Assembly: GCF_000400465.1 (NCBI RefSeq)
Contig: NW_008806280.1
Coordinates: 20,001 to 268,000 of the forward strand
DNA length: 248,000 nt
Direction of reading: 5' to 3'
Source of the DNA: Wallemia ichthyophaga EXF-994
Lineage: Eukaryota; Fungi; Basidiomycota
This document shows, in pieces, positions 30,703 to 45,100 of this stretch. The notes beneath the pieces are model-generated. The model did not search any database. It was not told where the DNA came from and was given only the letters and a program-made list of their open reading frames with translations. The position numbers were made by a program, and so were the translations under genes. Each line of letters opens with the position of its first letter. Within the stretch, counting starts at the first letter, position 1.

Positions 30703-31662
30703 CTACTTTACTTGTGCCCTTCTCTTTCCAATTTGCGCTTGGAATCCTGATTTGATTGCTGCAACTGATCTACGCGATCCACAAGACTCACATGTCATGA
30801 AGTAGAGTCTATTCTCCTTTGTTAGGTTAGTTTCTGGTGATTTGCATGTCTTGCAAGTGACATATTCAATGATATATCTTCTTAGCACATTCTCAATCTG
30901 CTTCTGTTGAAATCTACCTCTAATAACCAATCTTTGTGATCCATCGACGGAACCAGATGTACCCAACTCCGCAAATAGGAATTGTATCAAATGTTCTGGT
31001 TGTCTGTGCATCTTTTTACAGATATCTGCTATGTTAGCAAATGCTGTCTTCTTATTACCATCTTTAACAACCTGAGGTGGTGCAATGGTGTATCTCTTTG
31101 CACCGGTGACTAAGGCTGGGTTTTGAGAGTGAAGAAGTTTAAAAGTACGTGAAAGGAGTTCTTTGTACGTGTAGTCTCTTTCAGTACCCAACCAAGGTTC
31201 ACCATTGTCATTTGATGATTCTGAGAGTGGGTCTAAACCATTTCCAGCGGTATCACCAGCTGTTTCACCACTCTCACCTTGGATCTGGGCATTTGAAGAG
31301 CTTCCTTGGTCTAATTCCTTATCGAAAGCATCCAAATCAAAAGCTTTCTTCTTGCTGCTGCTCTTCTTTTTCTTTTTCAAGTCTGAGAATTCATCTGGTT
31401 GATCTTCTTCTTGAACTGGGGAATGCTCTGGCTGCTCAGATTTCTCAGATATCTCACCCTTTTCACTCTTATCAGACTTCTTTTTAGATTTCTTTTTTAA
31501 TCCAGAGAATAAATCTGATTCTTCTGCACCTTCTGGGGTGTCTGCTTGTCCAGCCTGAGCGTCTAAATCATCAAAATTTACAGCTTTCTTTTTCTTCTTC
31601 TTCAAAGCTGGATCAATTGAAAGATCTTGGTCTTGTTTGGTTGGAACGTGTGCGTCTGTCAT
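30703..31662 (-). CDS. SUI3: Translation initiation factor eIF2 beta
   Basis: Poly-Lys boxes; [10 protein letters not shown]; CKTC..CESC. Confidence 0.95.
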   Translation of the reverse strand: MTDAHVPTKQDQDLSIDPALKKKKKKAVNFDDLDAQAGQADTPEGAEESDLFSGLKKKSKKKSDKSEKGEISEKSEQPEHSPVQEEDQPDEFSDLKKKKKSSSKKKAFDLDAFDKELDQGSSSNAQIQGESGETAGDTAGNGLDPLSESSNDNGEPWLGTERDYTYKELLSRTFKLLHSQNPALVTGAKRYTIAPPQVVKDGNKKTAFANIADICKKMHRQPEHLIQFLFAELGTSGSVDGSQRLVIRGRFQQKQIENVLRRYIIEYVTCKTCKSPETNLTKENRLYFMTCESCGSRRSVAAIKSGFQAQIGKRRAQVK

Positions 31663-31846
31663 GAGGTGGCTTAAAAACAGTGTTGGTCGCTGTGAGCTAA
31701 GGAGGGGAGAACGAATAAATTAATATTAACAAATTACTAGAATTAACCAAAATAACAGTACAAATCAATTTAATTTATTTTCATATTTCCATTTTATCGA
31801 TTTTACAAGTTGGTACAAGTTGTACTCCGACGACGACGACGACACG

Positions 31847-32749
31847 ATGCTTAGAGCGGCAACGACAATCAGACCAGCTTTAAAAACTTCAGTTCAGCCT
31901 GCAATGGCAGCGAGAACCTTCTCTTCCACCTCCCCTGCCGCTGAAACTCTCCGTGAAATTGAGCAACGTCTTAAATCCGTAAAGAACATTGAAAAGATCA
32001 CAAAGTCTATGAAAATGATTGCCTCTACAAAGCTCACAAAGGCTCAAAGGGCTATGAACACTGCCATTCAATACGGCAAGACTAACAGTGAAATATTCGA
32101 CCAATCACAAGTCCAAGCTCCTGAAAACGCAAAGTCTTTATGGATTGTTGTTTCCTCTGACTCTGGTTTGTGTGGTGGTATCCACTCCTCCGTTTCCAAG
32201 TACACAAAGCGTGGTATTATTGAGGAAGGTAGTGAAGAACACCCAATCGTTATCCTTGGTGACAGAGCACGTAACCAACTTCAGCGTTCAAACCCAAGCG
32301 ACGTCAAACTCTCTTTCAACCAAATTGGTAAACAAATTCCAACTTTCACTGACGCTGCTGCCATCGCAGACACTATCCTCACTTCAGACATTGAATTTGA
32401 TCAAGTAAACCTCGTCTACAACCAATACACTTCTCAAATTGGTTACGACGCTAACACCATCAAAGCCTACACTGAGAAAATTCTCAGTCAATCTCAAGGT
32501 TTCAAGTCTTATGAGCAAGAAGAGGAGGCAACCAAAGACCTCGCTCAATTCTCATTCGCCAACGCTATCTACGCTGCACTCGTTGAAGGTCACGCCTCTG
32601 AAATCAACGCCCGTAGAAACGCAATGGACAACGCCTCAAAGAACGCAGGTGAAATGATCAACAACCTCAACCTCAAGTACAACCGTGGTCGTCAAGCCCA
32701 AATCACCAACGAGCTTATCGAAGTTATCACTGGTGCTTCTTCACTTTAG
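31847..32749 (+). CDS. ATP3: F1-ATPase gamma subunit
   Basis: KITKSMKMIAS; RQAQITNELIEVITGA. Confidence 0.96.
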   Translation: MLRAATTIRPALKTSVQPAMAARTFSSTSPAAETLREIEQRLKSVKNIEKITKSMKMIASTKLTKAQRAMNTAIQYGKTNSEIFDQSQVQAPENAKSLWIVVSSDSGLCGGIHSSVSKYTKRGIIEEGSEEHPIVILGDRARNQLQRSNPSDVKLSFNQIGKQIPTFTDAAAIADTILTSDIEFDQVNLVYNQYTSQIGYDANTIKAYTEKILSQSQGFKSYEQEEEATKDLAQFSFANAIYAALVEGHASEINARRNAMDNASKNAGEMINNLNLKYNRGRQAQITNELIEVITGASSL

Positions 32750-32983
32750 ACTTGATCACTTTATAGTACTTGTAGAGCGTGTCTATCTAAAATATCTTTC
32801 TTCAAATGAATTTAAACTAAATTTCAAATTAAATGGGATTGATTGAAAATTGGCATTTCATTGGCATAACCACGCTGTCTTCCCTCTTACCCACCCAAAT
32901 ACAAAATTCTTATACGCACAGCGTTACGAGCAGCGAGCATAAGAAGAAGAATTTCAATACCACCAATTAGATTTATAGGCAGA

Positions 32984-35236
32984 ATGAATCACCCAGAGCA
33001 ATCCAATAACTTGGAAGCACAAGTGCAAGCGCAACCACAGCCACAAGCAAACACCCAAAAACAATCTAAAAAGGATAAAAAGGCTTCAAATACCTCAAAG
33101 AATCCTATTGAAATGACCCCTCCTCCTGCTTACCTCAAAGAGCGTCTCGATATCTGGGACAGGCTTAAAGAAGCTGCAGACGCTGAATTAGCTTCAAAGC
33201 CAAGAGGCCCTATCACTATTACTCTTCCAGATGGCAAGCAGCAGCAAGGAACTTCATATGAAACAACTCCAATGGAACTCGTTAAAGCTATTGCTTCCTC
33301 ACTTGCAGATAGAACCGTTATTTCTAAGGTGAACGGTGCTCTCTGGGATCTAGAAAGACCTTTCGAACAAGACAGCAACGTTGAATTTTTAGATTTCAAC
33401 ACAGAGGAAGGTCAACAAGTTTTCTGGCACTCCTCAGCTCACGTTCTCGGTGAGGCTTGTGAGAGGCACTATGGCAGTCACTTAGCTGTCGGTCCTCCAA
33501 CTGACGACGGTTTCTTCTACGAAATGGCCATCCAAGACCGTATGGTGTATCAGGAGGACTACCAGCCACTTGAGCAAATTGCAAATAGCGCAATCAAGGA
33601 GAAACAGCCATTTGAAAGACTTATGGTATCTAAGGAGAAGCTCTTGGAGTTGTTTGCTTACAACAAGTACAAGCAGTACATCATCTCTTCAAAAATCCCT
33701 GACGGCACCTCCACTACCGTCTACAGATGCGGTCCAATGATCGATTTGTGTAGAGGTCCACACATCCCCCACACTGGAAAGATCAAAGCTTTCAATGTCA
33801 ACAAGCACTCTGCGTCTTACTTCCTCGGTGATGCTAAGAATGACTCGTTGCAGCGTGTCTATGGTATCGCCTTCCCTGACAAAAAGCAGATGGTTGAATA
33901 CAAGCACTTTATAGCTGAAGCTTCAAAGCGTGACCACAGAAAGATTGGCAAAGAACAAGAACTTTTCTTCTTCCATGAACTATCTCCAGGTAGTTGCTTC
34001 TTCTTGCCAAATGGTACGAGAATCTACAACACCCTGCTCGACTTTTTGAAAAAGGAGTACCATGCGCGCGGATACCAAGAAGTTATCACCCCCAACATGT
34101 TCAACACCAAGGTTTGGGAGACTTCCGGTCACTGGCAGAACTATGCCGAAAACATGTTTTCATTAGACATTGAAAAGGAGAAGTTCGCATTGAAGCCTAT
34201 GAACTGTCCAGGTCATTGTTTATTATTCGACATGCGCGACCGTTCTTACAAAGAACTACCGTTCCGCGTTGCGGACTTTGGTGTCCTCCACCGCAACGAG
34301 GCGTCTGGCGCGTTGACTGGGTTGACTAGGGTGAGAAGATTCCAGCAAGACGATGCGCATATATTCTGTCGCAAGGATCAAATAGAGAATGAGTTCTCCG
34401 ATCTGTTCGATTTCCTCGAGAAAGTCTATGGGATTTGTGGGTTCGACTTCAAGTTGAAATTGTCCACTAGACCCGAGAAGTATCTCGGTAAGGTAGAGGA
34501 CTGGGATCAGGCCGAAAAGAACCTCTCCAACGCACTTGAGAAGTTTGTACCTGGTAAATGGGAACTCAACCCTGGCGATGGAGCATTCTACGGTCCAAAG
34601 ATCGATATTACGATCAGTGATGCACTCAGACGTAACCACCAGTGTGCTACTATCCAACTAGACTTCCAACTCCCAGAGAGATTCAAGCTGCGGTACCGCA
34701 CCGGCAACGACGAAGACTTTATCCAGAACGATGATGGGTCTATTGAGAAGGGCTTTGACAGACCGGTTATTATCCACAGGGCTATTCTCGGCTCGCTAGA
34801 GCGTTTCATAGCGATTGTCACTGAACACTTTGGCGGCAAGTGGTGAGTTGTTGACGGCGTGATGGTGTTCACTACCTCTAACAGTTCCAACAGGCCATTC
34901 TGGCTGTCGCCAAGACAAGCCATCATTATCCCCGTTGCGCACAAGTACGACGACTACGCTCATTCCCTCCAGAAACAGCTGTGGGATAATGAAATTATTT
35001 CCGAGGTGGATGCTGGAGAGAACACGCTGCCCAAGAAGATACGTAATGCTGAAATGGCTCAGCATAACTTCATTTTCGTCGTAGGTCAGGAGGAGGTAGA
35101 CGGCAAGTCGGTCAACGTTCGCAATCGCGATGATGCTGGCTCTAAAGCTAAAACTCCTACTGTGCCTTTCGCCGAGGTGCTCCAGCAGATGGTGCGTCTT
35201 AAGGATGAGAAAAGACTTGAGAATAGGTTGTTTTAG
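32984..35236 (+). CDS. THS1: Cytosolic threonyl-tRNA synthetase
   Basis: TGS domain, [20 protein letters not shown]. Confidence 0.96.
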
Positions 35237-35351
35237 GTGGTGGTAGTAGTATTTTAATTTCATTCATTTCATTTCACTTTATACAATTTACACTTGACAA
35301 TTTCAATTTCACTTTCGCTTTCTGCGCTACTGATATTGCTATCAGTCACAC

Positions 35352-35855
35352 TTAAACATTGTTCTGTCGCCCCAGCTGGTCACTGTCGAGGCGTGGGTCC
35401 GCGGCGATATCGTGCGGGTGTTTGTGGTATTTCTTTCCATCACGACCGAGTGCGTCTTCCATGCGCGCGTCCGTGTGGCGATGTCCCGCTGCTTGTCCCT
35501 TGTTTGCGAGGTCATGTTCGAGGGAGTGCATCGCATCGCGAGGTGCCCTGGTCTCATTCAGTGGTGGTCCCTGCTTGATGAGGTCGTCGGCCATGTTGTG
35601 CTCTGTCGTTGCTGGCTTGCTTACGACTTGCGATGTTTTTTTGAATTTGTTCTGGTCGTTGGTTGTCGTGTGCATCTGCGGTGTTAGATTGGAAGAAACA
35701 GTAAACCAGCGGGCGGAATAGACAAGCCCTCTGTTCTCACGTAACATCATAAATAAACTAACTGACGTAATTAATTGTTCCATCAAATTTTCACCCTTTA
35801 TCATCCATTCATATATCTTAGGCGCTTTGATTGTCCTGTTGTTTTGTATTAGCAT
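35352..35855 (-). CDS. Hypothetical protein
   Basis: Hydrophilic ORF; no motif recognised. Confidence 0.35.
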   Translation of the reverse strand: MLIQNNRTIKAPKIYEWMIKGENLMEQLITSVSLFMMLRENRGLVYSARWFTVSSNLTPQMHTTTNDQNKFKKTSQVVSKPATTEHNMADDLIKQGPPLNETRAPRDAMHSLEHDLANKGQAAGHRHTDARMEDALGRDGKKYHKHPHDIAADPRLDSDQLGRQNNV

Positions 35856-35991
35856 ATTCGTGAGCCATCTAGCTAAGGTGACTATCCCTCACGCTGAGAC
35901 ATCTGCACACACCACACCTTGAAAAAACCTCGTAAATCTAAATCTAAATGCAAAAGTATAGTACATAATCAGCAATCCGTGTTGAGTTACA

Positions 35992-37664
35992 TTACGCATG
36001 ACGCTTTTCACCAGGCTCCTCAAATGCCTGCTCCCTTCTAAACTCATCCTCTTCTTGTTCGCGTGTGATCTGCTTGCATACCCTAGATCTAGCTCTTAGC
36101 CAGCCACCAAAAACCAACAAAGTGAATGGGATGGAAGACAGTGCGAGCGCAATGAAACCGATTGTCGATGACGCCCATGGGAAAGACAGGTTATCGAACA
36201 TAGCGGTTGCGAAGAAAGGAAAAGTTGCACCAAGAAGATTTCTCAGTAATGCTTGTGCAGCTTGTGCAGATGAACTGTATTGCTCGTATGCGTCACCAAT
36301 GTAGGTGTAGACACCAGCGTAAATAGGGAAAATACCAAAGTTGACACCAATAACTGCAATCATCGATACCCATGGAGTGATCCATGGACGCGCTGTCCAC
36401 CCGAACATGAACTCGAACGCTCCGAATAACACAGCTCCGAGAGCTGCTTGGTATAGACGTGCTTCAGGTGGTGCAATATGCGTGACTGGATCTTTGCTTC
36501 TTTTGTAAAGTGCATTTTGACCAAAGTTGAGAAGCCATGCAAGGAATGCACCGATGAATCCACAAATCAACACGGTCCCGGACTCGCCTGTTGATCAGGT
36601 TAGACAGGGAATTTAAGGTAATCCAAACTAAAAAACCCACCCTGGTTGAAACCGTAGTTGACTTCGTATACATGTGGGGTAGCACCTGTGAAAAGGAAAA
36701 CCATGCCCCAGGCGAAACCAACCCACAGCGCCAAAGCCATAACGATTGGCTCGGTCAAAAGGTAAACAATAGGTCTAGCCAACGACTTTGACATTGCTCC
36801 TTTGAATGAATGTGCGGCATCTGTTTTGATCTTGAGGTCTGTACCATATGTCTTGTTGTAGTTGCGAACTTTCTTGTCGAGAATGACGTCATGGCGTGTT
36901 TCATCGAGGAGGAACATACACAAGAGGAAGACTGCGCCGTTCATCGCCATCTGCATCCAGTAAATGTTAGGCCAGTCGGTTTTGAATGCCAACCAGTTGC
37001 AACACAACGGACCGAGCGCGTTTGCAGTAAAGACGATGAGCGTGAATGTAGCCATGGCAACACCACGACCGTGATCACGATGGAAGAGATCAGTGATAAT
37101 ACCTGCGACGTGAGGACCCTCAATACTTGCAGCCAAACCCTGGAAAAGACGTGTGATGGATAGGGACTCGATGTTAGGAGCGAGCGCTTGCGGAAGGAAG
37201 AGGATAACGATGAGAAGAAGCAGACCGACAATCATTGGCCGTCTACCGTAGGACTCGGATAGAGGAGCGAGGAAAAGAGGTCCGAGACCCAAAGCAGCAT
37301 TGTAGGTGAAACTGGATGTGAGGAAGACGCTGCCGCTGATACCGAACTCTGCTGTGACACCTGCTTTGGCTGCTGAGTTACCTATAGAGAATGTGAGTAT
37401 GTAAAATAACCTCAACATAGCACATGGACCCACCTGAGAAAAATTTAGCTTTGAAGAATAAGCATGAGTGAAGCGTTACCCACCTGTTGCATTGAAGGCA
37501 GAAACAAAGTTGAGAAGAAGTGCCATGATATAACTCTTGGACTTCTTAGGCATTGACCATTCCCAAGGGAGCTCCTGCCCCACAAGCTCCAAGTCGATAG
37601 GCGGAGGATCGTCGTGGTTCTTGACTTCAGACATTTGGTCCTTCTTGAACTTGTCGAAAAGCAT
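35992..37664 (-). CDS. MFS drug:H+ antiporter (DHA1)
   Basis: PLSESYGRRP, LLDETR, PIVYLLTEPIV. Confidence 0.88.
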
Positions 37665-38381
37665 AACAGCCGATTTAGAAGAGAAGAGTGTAACTGGCGG
37701 TATGAATGCGTGGGGATGACGAACAACCTAAATTTGGAAGGTTGTTTGTGGTGATTGTTCAGTGAAAACTTGTAACCGAGAATATATTTGTCTTTATCAG
37801 TGCCGCTCACGTGGTTATCATTTTTAGCTGGGCCGTACTCCGAGGACCTTGGCGAATAAGAATTTTTGTGTTGATAAATTATTATGTGCAAAAGTAGCAG
37901 TGTTTGACAATAGACAAAGAAATACCAAGACTAATGTTGCCAAGCAGCCAAGCAAACCCAAGCCTTACCCAATTCCATCTACGAAGAATTCGAAGATTTT
38001 CCGGACTTCTGAAATCTCTGATCGAGGTGGCGGCGGAAATCGCGGAGTTGCAGGGGCGTATTCATAGCTTTACATGGTAGGCTTTGAGCAGATTTTATCC
38101 ACCAAGTTCCCTATTACGTGTGCTACCCGCTTAGCCGAAGCGAGGGTATGCGAAGGTGCAGAGAATTGGAGCAACTGTCAGAGGATACAAAAATATCTTC
38201 TATAGCAAATCACATGCTTATTGTAGGATTTTGAGTGCAATAGATTTTACACCGCTTGTTCAGGTCTGTCGGGGGCAGTGAACGTGTACCAGACTGTACG
38301 AGCGTTACATGATCGACTAAGGCCTCAGGTCGATGAGCACTCCCTAAACATCCATCCAATGCCCGTAATATATCTTAGACC

Positions 38382-39682
38382 TTGACTATGATCACAGCCG
38401 TCGTTTCAACGGCCGTATCTCAGCTATTGGACATAATTCTCAGCGCATATGTCTACAATGGCGAATTTCGGTATCCATTTTTCATCACTTTCACTGAATT
38501 TGCTATCTTGGCAGTATTTGCGAGGATTTACACCTCGATTCGCACGAGTAAATGTGCTGGGCGGGAAGCCAAGAACGACGACACACTCTCAGCCTCTCAA
38601 TATCCTCGAGTGCCCAAAGTTTCGTACCTCTTTACGCTCCTCTTGGCTGTTTCCTGGTTTCTTATGAGGATCTTGTTCAATCTGAGCCACGTCCAGGTCC
38701 GAATCGGGCGGGCATCTGAGGTGGGGGTGATGCTGTCAATAGTATTCTACTAACGTAAAAAGGCTGCCATCCCTTTTTTGCTACTACCCGCATGCTCTTA
38801 TTTTAATTTGATCCACATCGACGCACCGACCGCCGCTGTAAGCAGTACCACGTGAGCATTATTAATTCTAACACCCCTACAGCTTACTATAGCAAGCTCC
38901 TTGACTCTTATTGTTAATGGCGCTGTCAACGCTGAATCTATATCTGCCCCTGCCGTGCTCCTCCAAGTTGCTAGAGTTGTCGTACGTCATTGCCCTTATC
39001 ATCGCGAGGGTGTCTAACGATTCGTTGCAGTCGCAAGCTATATTCTTAACCTGCCTCAATAAAACAATCAAGGACCATCACAGGAATCCTATCTTTGCCC
39101 TCAATGCTTATGCTCCCTATGCTGCACTTATCTCTTTGATTGGCTCGGTGGCTTTCGAGGGTGCGCGTTATCTGCGCTTTCTATTCTGTCCGCTGACACT
39201 CATTACGTATTTTAGGAATTGTCCCCCTCCACGACCTGCCGATAATTGGTTTGGTGATTCTCTTGGAGAATGTGCTCTTCTTCTTAGCCAACCAGATATC
39301 AGTAGCCTTTTTGTTACACGTAAGTTTAGTCCAGTATATTGAAGACATATCTCAAACGACACAGAAATCAAATGTTATTGCCTGGTCTAGCGTTTCTCAT
39401 CTAATTACGGTGAGCTTAGTTTTAATATCGATGTTCGTAACAAAGCAAGCACTGCCGCTTGGACAAGCAGTCGTTACGACCTGCTCAGCCTTCTTATCTA
39501 TGTTGCTCCTCCGCACACAATTTCTGAAGCATGAGAAGGCGACTCCACCAACAACAAAGATTCACCTCCACAATCTTGCACCTCATTTGGACATTTCACA
39601 TGTCACTGGAATCCAACCGCTTAAAACACCACCAAATCTTAGTCGTACAAACAGCTCACAGCGTCTACAACATCCTCAATGA
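38382..39682 (+). CDS. Divergent triose-phosphate/nucleotide-sugar transporter family protein
   Basis: FRYPFFITF, LSHVQV, PYAALIS hydrophobic exons. Confidence 0.55.
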
Positions 39683-39689
39683 GGAATAA

Positions 39690-40930
39690 TTGATAACTTG
39701 TATTTTACACTGTATAACAATTTTAATGGACATATGTTTTTTGCTTCGATCGCTTACGCTGATGAGGGAGGATAAGAAGACAGTGACAGCGACGACAGCG
39801 GCAACAGCGGCAACAGCGACGCCAACAGGGTATTGGTACTACGTTGGATTGTATTTGATGTTCAATCTTGCTTTGACGCTGTTCAATAAAGCCGTTCTCG
39901 ATGACTTACCGTATCCATACACGCTCACTGCCGTACACGCTGCATCTAACGTAATTGGGTGTACGATTGCCAGGCTGTATGGACTATACGTGGGTGTCTG
40001 TTTGCAATTTAGACCCGCTGCTCATCCAGCACCTAGACGCCAGCGAAACTCTCAACAACGGAAATTGTGATTTTGATCTTCTTTGTGAGTTGGGGATAGT
40101 TTATAGTGCCCAATCTCAACCGCTGAAAGTCCACGCTGTACACCATCAACATTGCTGTGTCCAATCTGTCACTCAGTCTTGTCACAGTACCTGTTCACCA
40201 GGTGGGCATTTGATTGTTTATCGGGGTTAATCTTACGTTAGCTCAGATTATAAGGTCACTAGGACCTCTCTTCACCATGGCACTAGCTGTGCCTATCCTC
40301 GGATCTAAATTCTCAATACCCAAACTAGTGTCTTTGTTACCAGTAATCGCCGGTATCGCTCTGACGACATATGGCGAGATTAGCTTTACAGCACTCGGTC
40401 TGTTCCTCACATTCGCGGGTACAATCTTAGCAGCTTTCAAGACAGTCGTCACCAACTTGATGCAAACTGGTCAGCGATTCCAAATGCATCCTCTCGACTT
40501 ACTCCATTGGCTGTCTCCATTGGCGTTGGCGCAGTGTATCGCTTATGCCGTCTACACAGGCGAGTACTTTGAAGTATACAAGGATCTCTGGCCGATGCAT
40601 AACGTCTACAAGACTATCTTGGTGATTGCACTAAATGGTGCCCTTGCTTTCGGATTGAATGTTGTATCTTTCGTGTCGAATAAGAAGGTCGGACCACTTA
40701 CCATCTCAGTCGCTGCGAATATCAAGCAGGTACTCACTGTTGTTCTGTCTTTCTTCTTTTTTGAGTTGAGCGTTAGTCAAGTGGGCTTTGTGGGCATAGT
40801 TTTAGCTTTGCTGGGAGGTGTGTGATGATCGTTTCAGGTGGTTTGCTTACTTGATTAACCTCCAACTACAGGTCTTTGGTATGGCAGAGTGGAGTATAAT
40901 GACAAAAAACGCGCATTAACTTTGTAGACC
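39690..40930 (+). CDS. Triose-phosphate/nucleotide-sugar transporter family protein
   Basis: LFNKAVL..PYPYTLTAVH; NKKVGPLTISVAANIKQ. Confidence 0.85.
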
Positions 40931-40995
40931 GCTTCTTACGCTCATGTACTATTAGTCTGTAGAATACAATAATTTATGTCTATGCTAAGGTGTGG

Positions 40996-41962
40996 CTACT
41001 GTTGAGCCAGCAACCAAGGTCTTTCATTCCAGAAGACGTCTTTGATAATGTCTACGTGCAATGTCTGTATGTCTCCGCGCGTGCCATCTATACCATCCTT
41101 GCGTATTTTTTCAATTCTTTTTTTTTCCTTGTAGGCACCATCCGATGGCACTTGAGGCAGTGAAGGAGGATCGCGCACCAGGACAGAACCTTTCTTGTAC
41201 ATTTCATTCAGCTGATTGTAGTTTATGCCGTAATCTTTGAACAGAATGTCATGCTTTTGAGATGAGACAGTGCCTTTCAACAGATTGTGTGCTTCCCTCT
41301 CTGTCTTCTTACCCTGCTGGACAATAGCCCAGAAGCAGGTGTTGTATAGGTTGTTTATATGTGCTGGGAGCGCTTTTAGTTTGAATATGTCAATAAACGC
41401 GCTTTAAAACCCACTATCGACTTGCCTCCAAGCGAAATAGTCGCGAACGTGTATAGTGAGGGGGTAAGTGATAATTCTACCGTCAAAAATGGGTGGATAA
41501 GCGAGTGGAATACTAAAGTGTCTGCTCCAATTGTACATAAAAGCTGAAGAAAACGCAGAAACAACCTGAGTCACTATCTTTGCTTTACGGCGATCATAGA
41601 TATGTGATTGAGGGCGCAAAAGGAAGCTTTTCGAGTGTGATTGTGAGTTTGGGTGCGAGGATTACTGGCATATTGACCCACCTATATTCATCACTCTCCC
41701 CGAAAGCCAAAATTACATCGTGGAGCTGCTGCATAACGAATTGAGCAGCGTCATTCATGCATTCTAAGGCTCGGCTATCATTTGGTTTCCTGAAATTATG
41801 TATATCGCTGAATCTAATTGCATTTTAGAGCGAATTGGAGTGCAAGATTGCTGTCACACCTGTGGAAGCTGTGACCATCTATTCTCACAACTGAGAAAGT
41901 ACTCGGGATCAATCTGTCGTGTTCCTCGAACTCCCGTACGTATCCGAATCTTGAGTTGGCCA
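40996..41962 (-). CDS. THG1: tRNA-His guanylyltransferase
   Basis: MANSRFGYVREFE, VVRIDGHSFH, FAWRQVD, GINYN. Confidence 0.92.
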
Positions 41963-42126
41963 TGTTGGTTGAAATAAGAAGAACATCCGAGTGGGTTAAC
42001 ATTTTAATCCTTTAAAGGAAAACCCTCAAATCCCCTGAGATTCGTCTAAAAATTAAATTTCTAAATTCAGAAATTAACCGTCATAAGCTTATCTTTCCAA
42101 CGACGACGGCGAGAAGAACTACGAAG

Positions 42127-45100
42127 ATGGATGATGACCATCCAATTCCACAGGCAGTATCAAATTTGAGGGATACGAATAAACGGTCTTCATCACAGCC
42201 TAGCAGCAGATCAGTCACTTTCTCAATTCGAGATAATGACGTTAATAATGTTGATAACGATAACGCTGTGGCAGATACAGACACTGAGGATGATTATGAT
42301 GATAATCACAGATACAGGCGCAGTCTCCGTTTCGAGGATGACCTTGATACAGGCGATGTTAATCACAATGATACCCCGGATCAGGACGACGCTTGCATGG
42401 GAAATCCGGAGAAAGTAAACGCTGATCTTGAAACGCAAGCAAAGGACACAGAACACGCGGAACCGCCACAACCACCATCACCTCGACAACCTAAATGGCA
42501 CAAATTCATTCAATGGAAGTACATTCGCTGGTTATATACAAATCACTCTTGGCATCACTTCAGACCTGTCATTAGAGCAAGTTTGGCTGCATGGCTTGGT
42601 CTTCTCCTTTTCCTCATTCAACCCGTCTTAGTCTTGATGGGCCAGGCTGCTTTCTATATCCTCGTTTGTGGTTTCTTGGCATCTCCACGTGATGCTATTT
42701 TACCAGACATTGAGCGTCAGATCATAAACCTAGTCTTTGTGTGCGCAGCCTGGGCTTGGTCAATAATCGGCCTTTCGATCGGTTTTGCAGGACGAGACGA
42801 AGCTCAGAACGAAGCTACAATGTCAGCCGTCCTTGAAGAAGCAAGCGCGATGAATAATTCTGATCTACAGCTATACATTCAACAGCAAGCTGTGGAAGGC
42901 CGGTTCATCCAAGCATCAACATCAGTCACAGCGGCCATCTTCCTTGCCTTCGGAAGTGGATTTTTCCTCTATCTTAAATCTAAACTATCACCACCACGCT
43001 ATGGAGTAGCCTGTGTGTTTTCGACAATCTGTCTGATCGTATCGTTGACACAAGGTCATACCGCTTACTCCCCCAATTACAAGATAGGATCGTATTTCGC
43101 TCTCCCTCTAGCATTACAGTCAGCAATCAATATTCTTTGCTCTATGTTCGTGCTACCTGTCACTGTCAACCACCAATTCTTGCTTGGATTACAGGCGGTA
43201 CTCCAACCGCTACAAAAGTTTACTCACGCAGAAACTGATTTGTTGGGCATTCCTGTCACGTCCGAGGATTGGATAGAAAGGGTAAGGTATCTCAAGACGC
43301 TCAACTCCCAATCCGTTCAAGCAATGATAGCGGTGCGTAGCAAGGACGCTCACGTCTTCCGTGAATACAGCTTCGGATTGTTGAGAGGCAGGGATTGTCA
43401 TGAGTTGTTGGAATTGATACGAAATGTCCACCTGCGTAGTGGTGGGTTTATCACTTTTAGCGAAGCTTTGTTGGTCGCGTTTCACAACAAACACATCTTA
43501 CAAGAAGCTGTAACACTAGCTGAGCCTGAAGATGTAGCGCAGAGTGCGGCATCTATTTACAGCCCCTCGAGAAACCCATCTCCCTTCTCATCTCAGCAAA
43601 ACACACCTAGGAGCTCAGTCGCTCTGTCGAGATACGATACTGGTGACTCGAGGGATGTTGACAGTCATCATTCAGCTTTGCACATCTTTGGTTCGCATAG
43701 TATAGGTACTCTCACAGAACTGCTGCACAAGTCGAAGAGGAAACATGTTGCACCAATTGGTGTCTTTGAATCCCAGAGATACATGGCGCTTGAGGAGCGT
43801 ATGAAATTCACTGATCAGGAGTTCGTGAGGGCACATTTTGCAATAGTCAGTGAACATTCGAGAGATCTTAACGATACCACGGCTGTTACTCTAGCACACG
43901 TCCAGAAGCAAATCGAGAGGGTTGATCGTGTTAGACTAGGATCGTGGCTTTTTCGTCGGCACGATTCTCCAGGCGAGGGTAACGCGATTATTGAGAATAT
44001 GGAGATTTGCGATAATCTCCGCCGCGCTATCACCAAATTCAAGACTGAGGATAGACTAGCAGTACTGAGAAACTACTCTCAGTTCTTCGATGGCTCGCAG
44101 CCACGCGCAAAAATACCTTACAGAGCTTTGTTTTGGAGCTTCAATTATCAGTACTACCTCCTCGGTTTCTCAGGTGCACTCCTAGAACTTGCCGAAAAAA
44201 TGTCCAATCTCGAAGCTAAGCGAAAAAAGCCTAGACTATGGATTCCTGAAGTGCATCTCTTTGGCTGGTTTGCTAGTAGCACCGAAAAGCATGGCGAAGA
44301 GGAAGAAGACGATGACGATCCCGAGCACATGGCAGATGTAATGGAAGTATACCCTCAATCGAGAGATCCCGACGTTCTAGCACCTTCGAATGTTTTTGAA
44401 AGATTTGGGTGGGTGTTTGTTTGATGCTAAGCTGATATATACTGAACGGACACCTTAAGATCAGTGTTATGGAAATTGTGGATGTTTGTTATGTCCAAAC
44501 AGTCTTTGTTTGCGCTCAAAACTGCGCTTCTGGTTGCCCTCGTTACGCTGCCTGCCTTCCTGAAAACCTCGGCAGGGTTTTACTATTACGAACGGGGATT
44601 ATGGGTCGCAATTATGGCCAATTTGACACACAGTCAACACCGAGTGAGTATTTGAGAGTTTTCACTTAGTTATAATGTCTGACGATTGGGTACAAAGGGT
44701 GATACTCTCTTCAATTGGTTCACGCGTCTGGTGTACTCTGTAGTCGGTATTTTCAGTGGTCTGCTGATATGGTAGGTAGTTGTTTGTTCATTTCTCAGTT
44801 GTTGACAAAGTGTAATTTTCTCATTAGGACAATAGCAGCTCAAAAAGGAACAGGTAATCCATACGCTGTCGGCGCGACGTGCGCAGTAGCATTCCCGATT
44901 ATGTTCTACATAGTCATGTATTTCCCCGGTACGAATGTAGGATTGATGGTGTTAATGGTTTCTGTAGCTATGGTTTTGGGCTATAGCTGGCAAGACGCAC
45001 ACAATCCATCGCTTGTGAATGTCGGATGGGGATGGGATCTAGCTTGGAAGAGACTTGTTTTGGTAATCATTGGCGTTACAGCTGCATTCGTTTTCGCATA

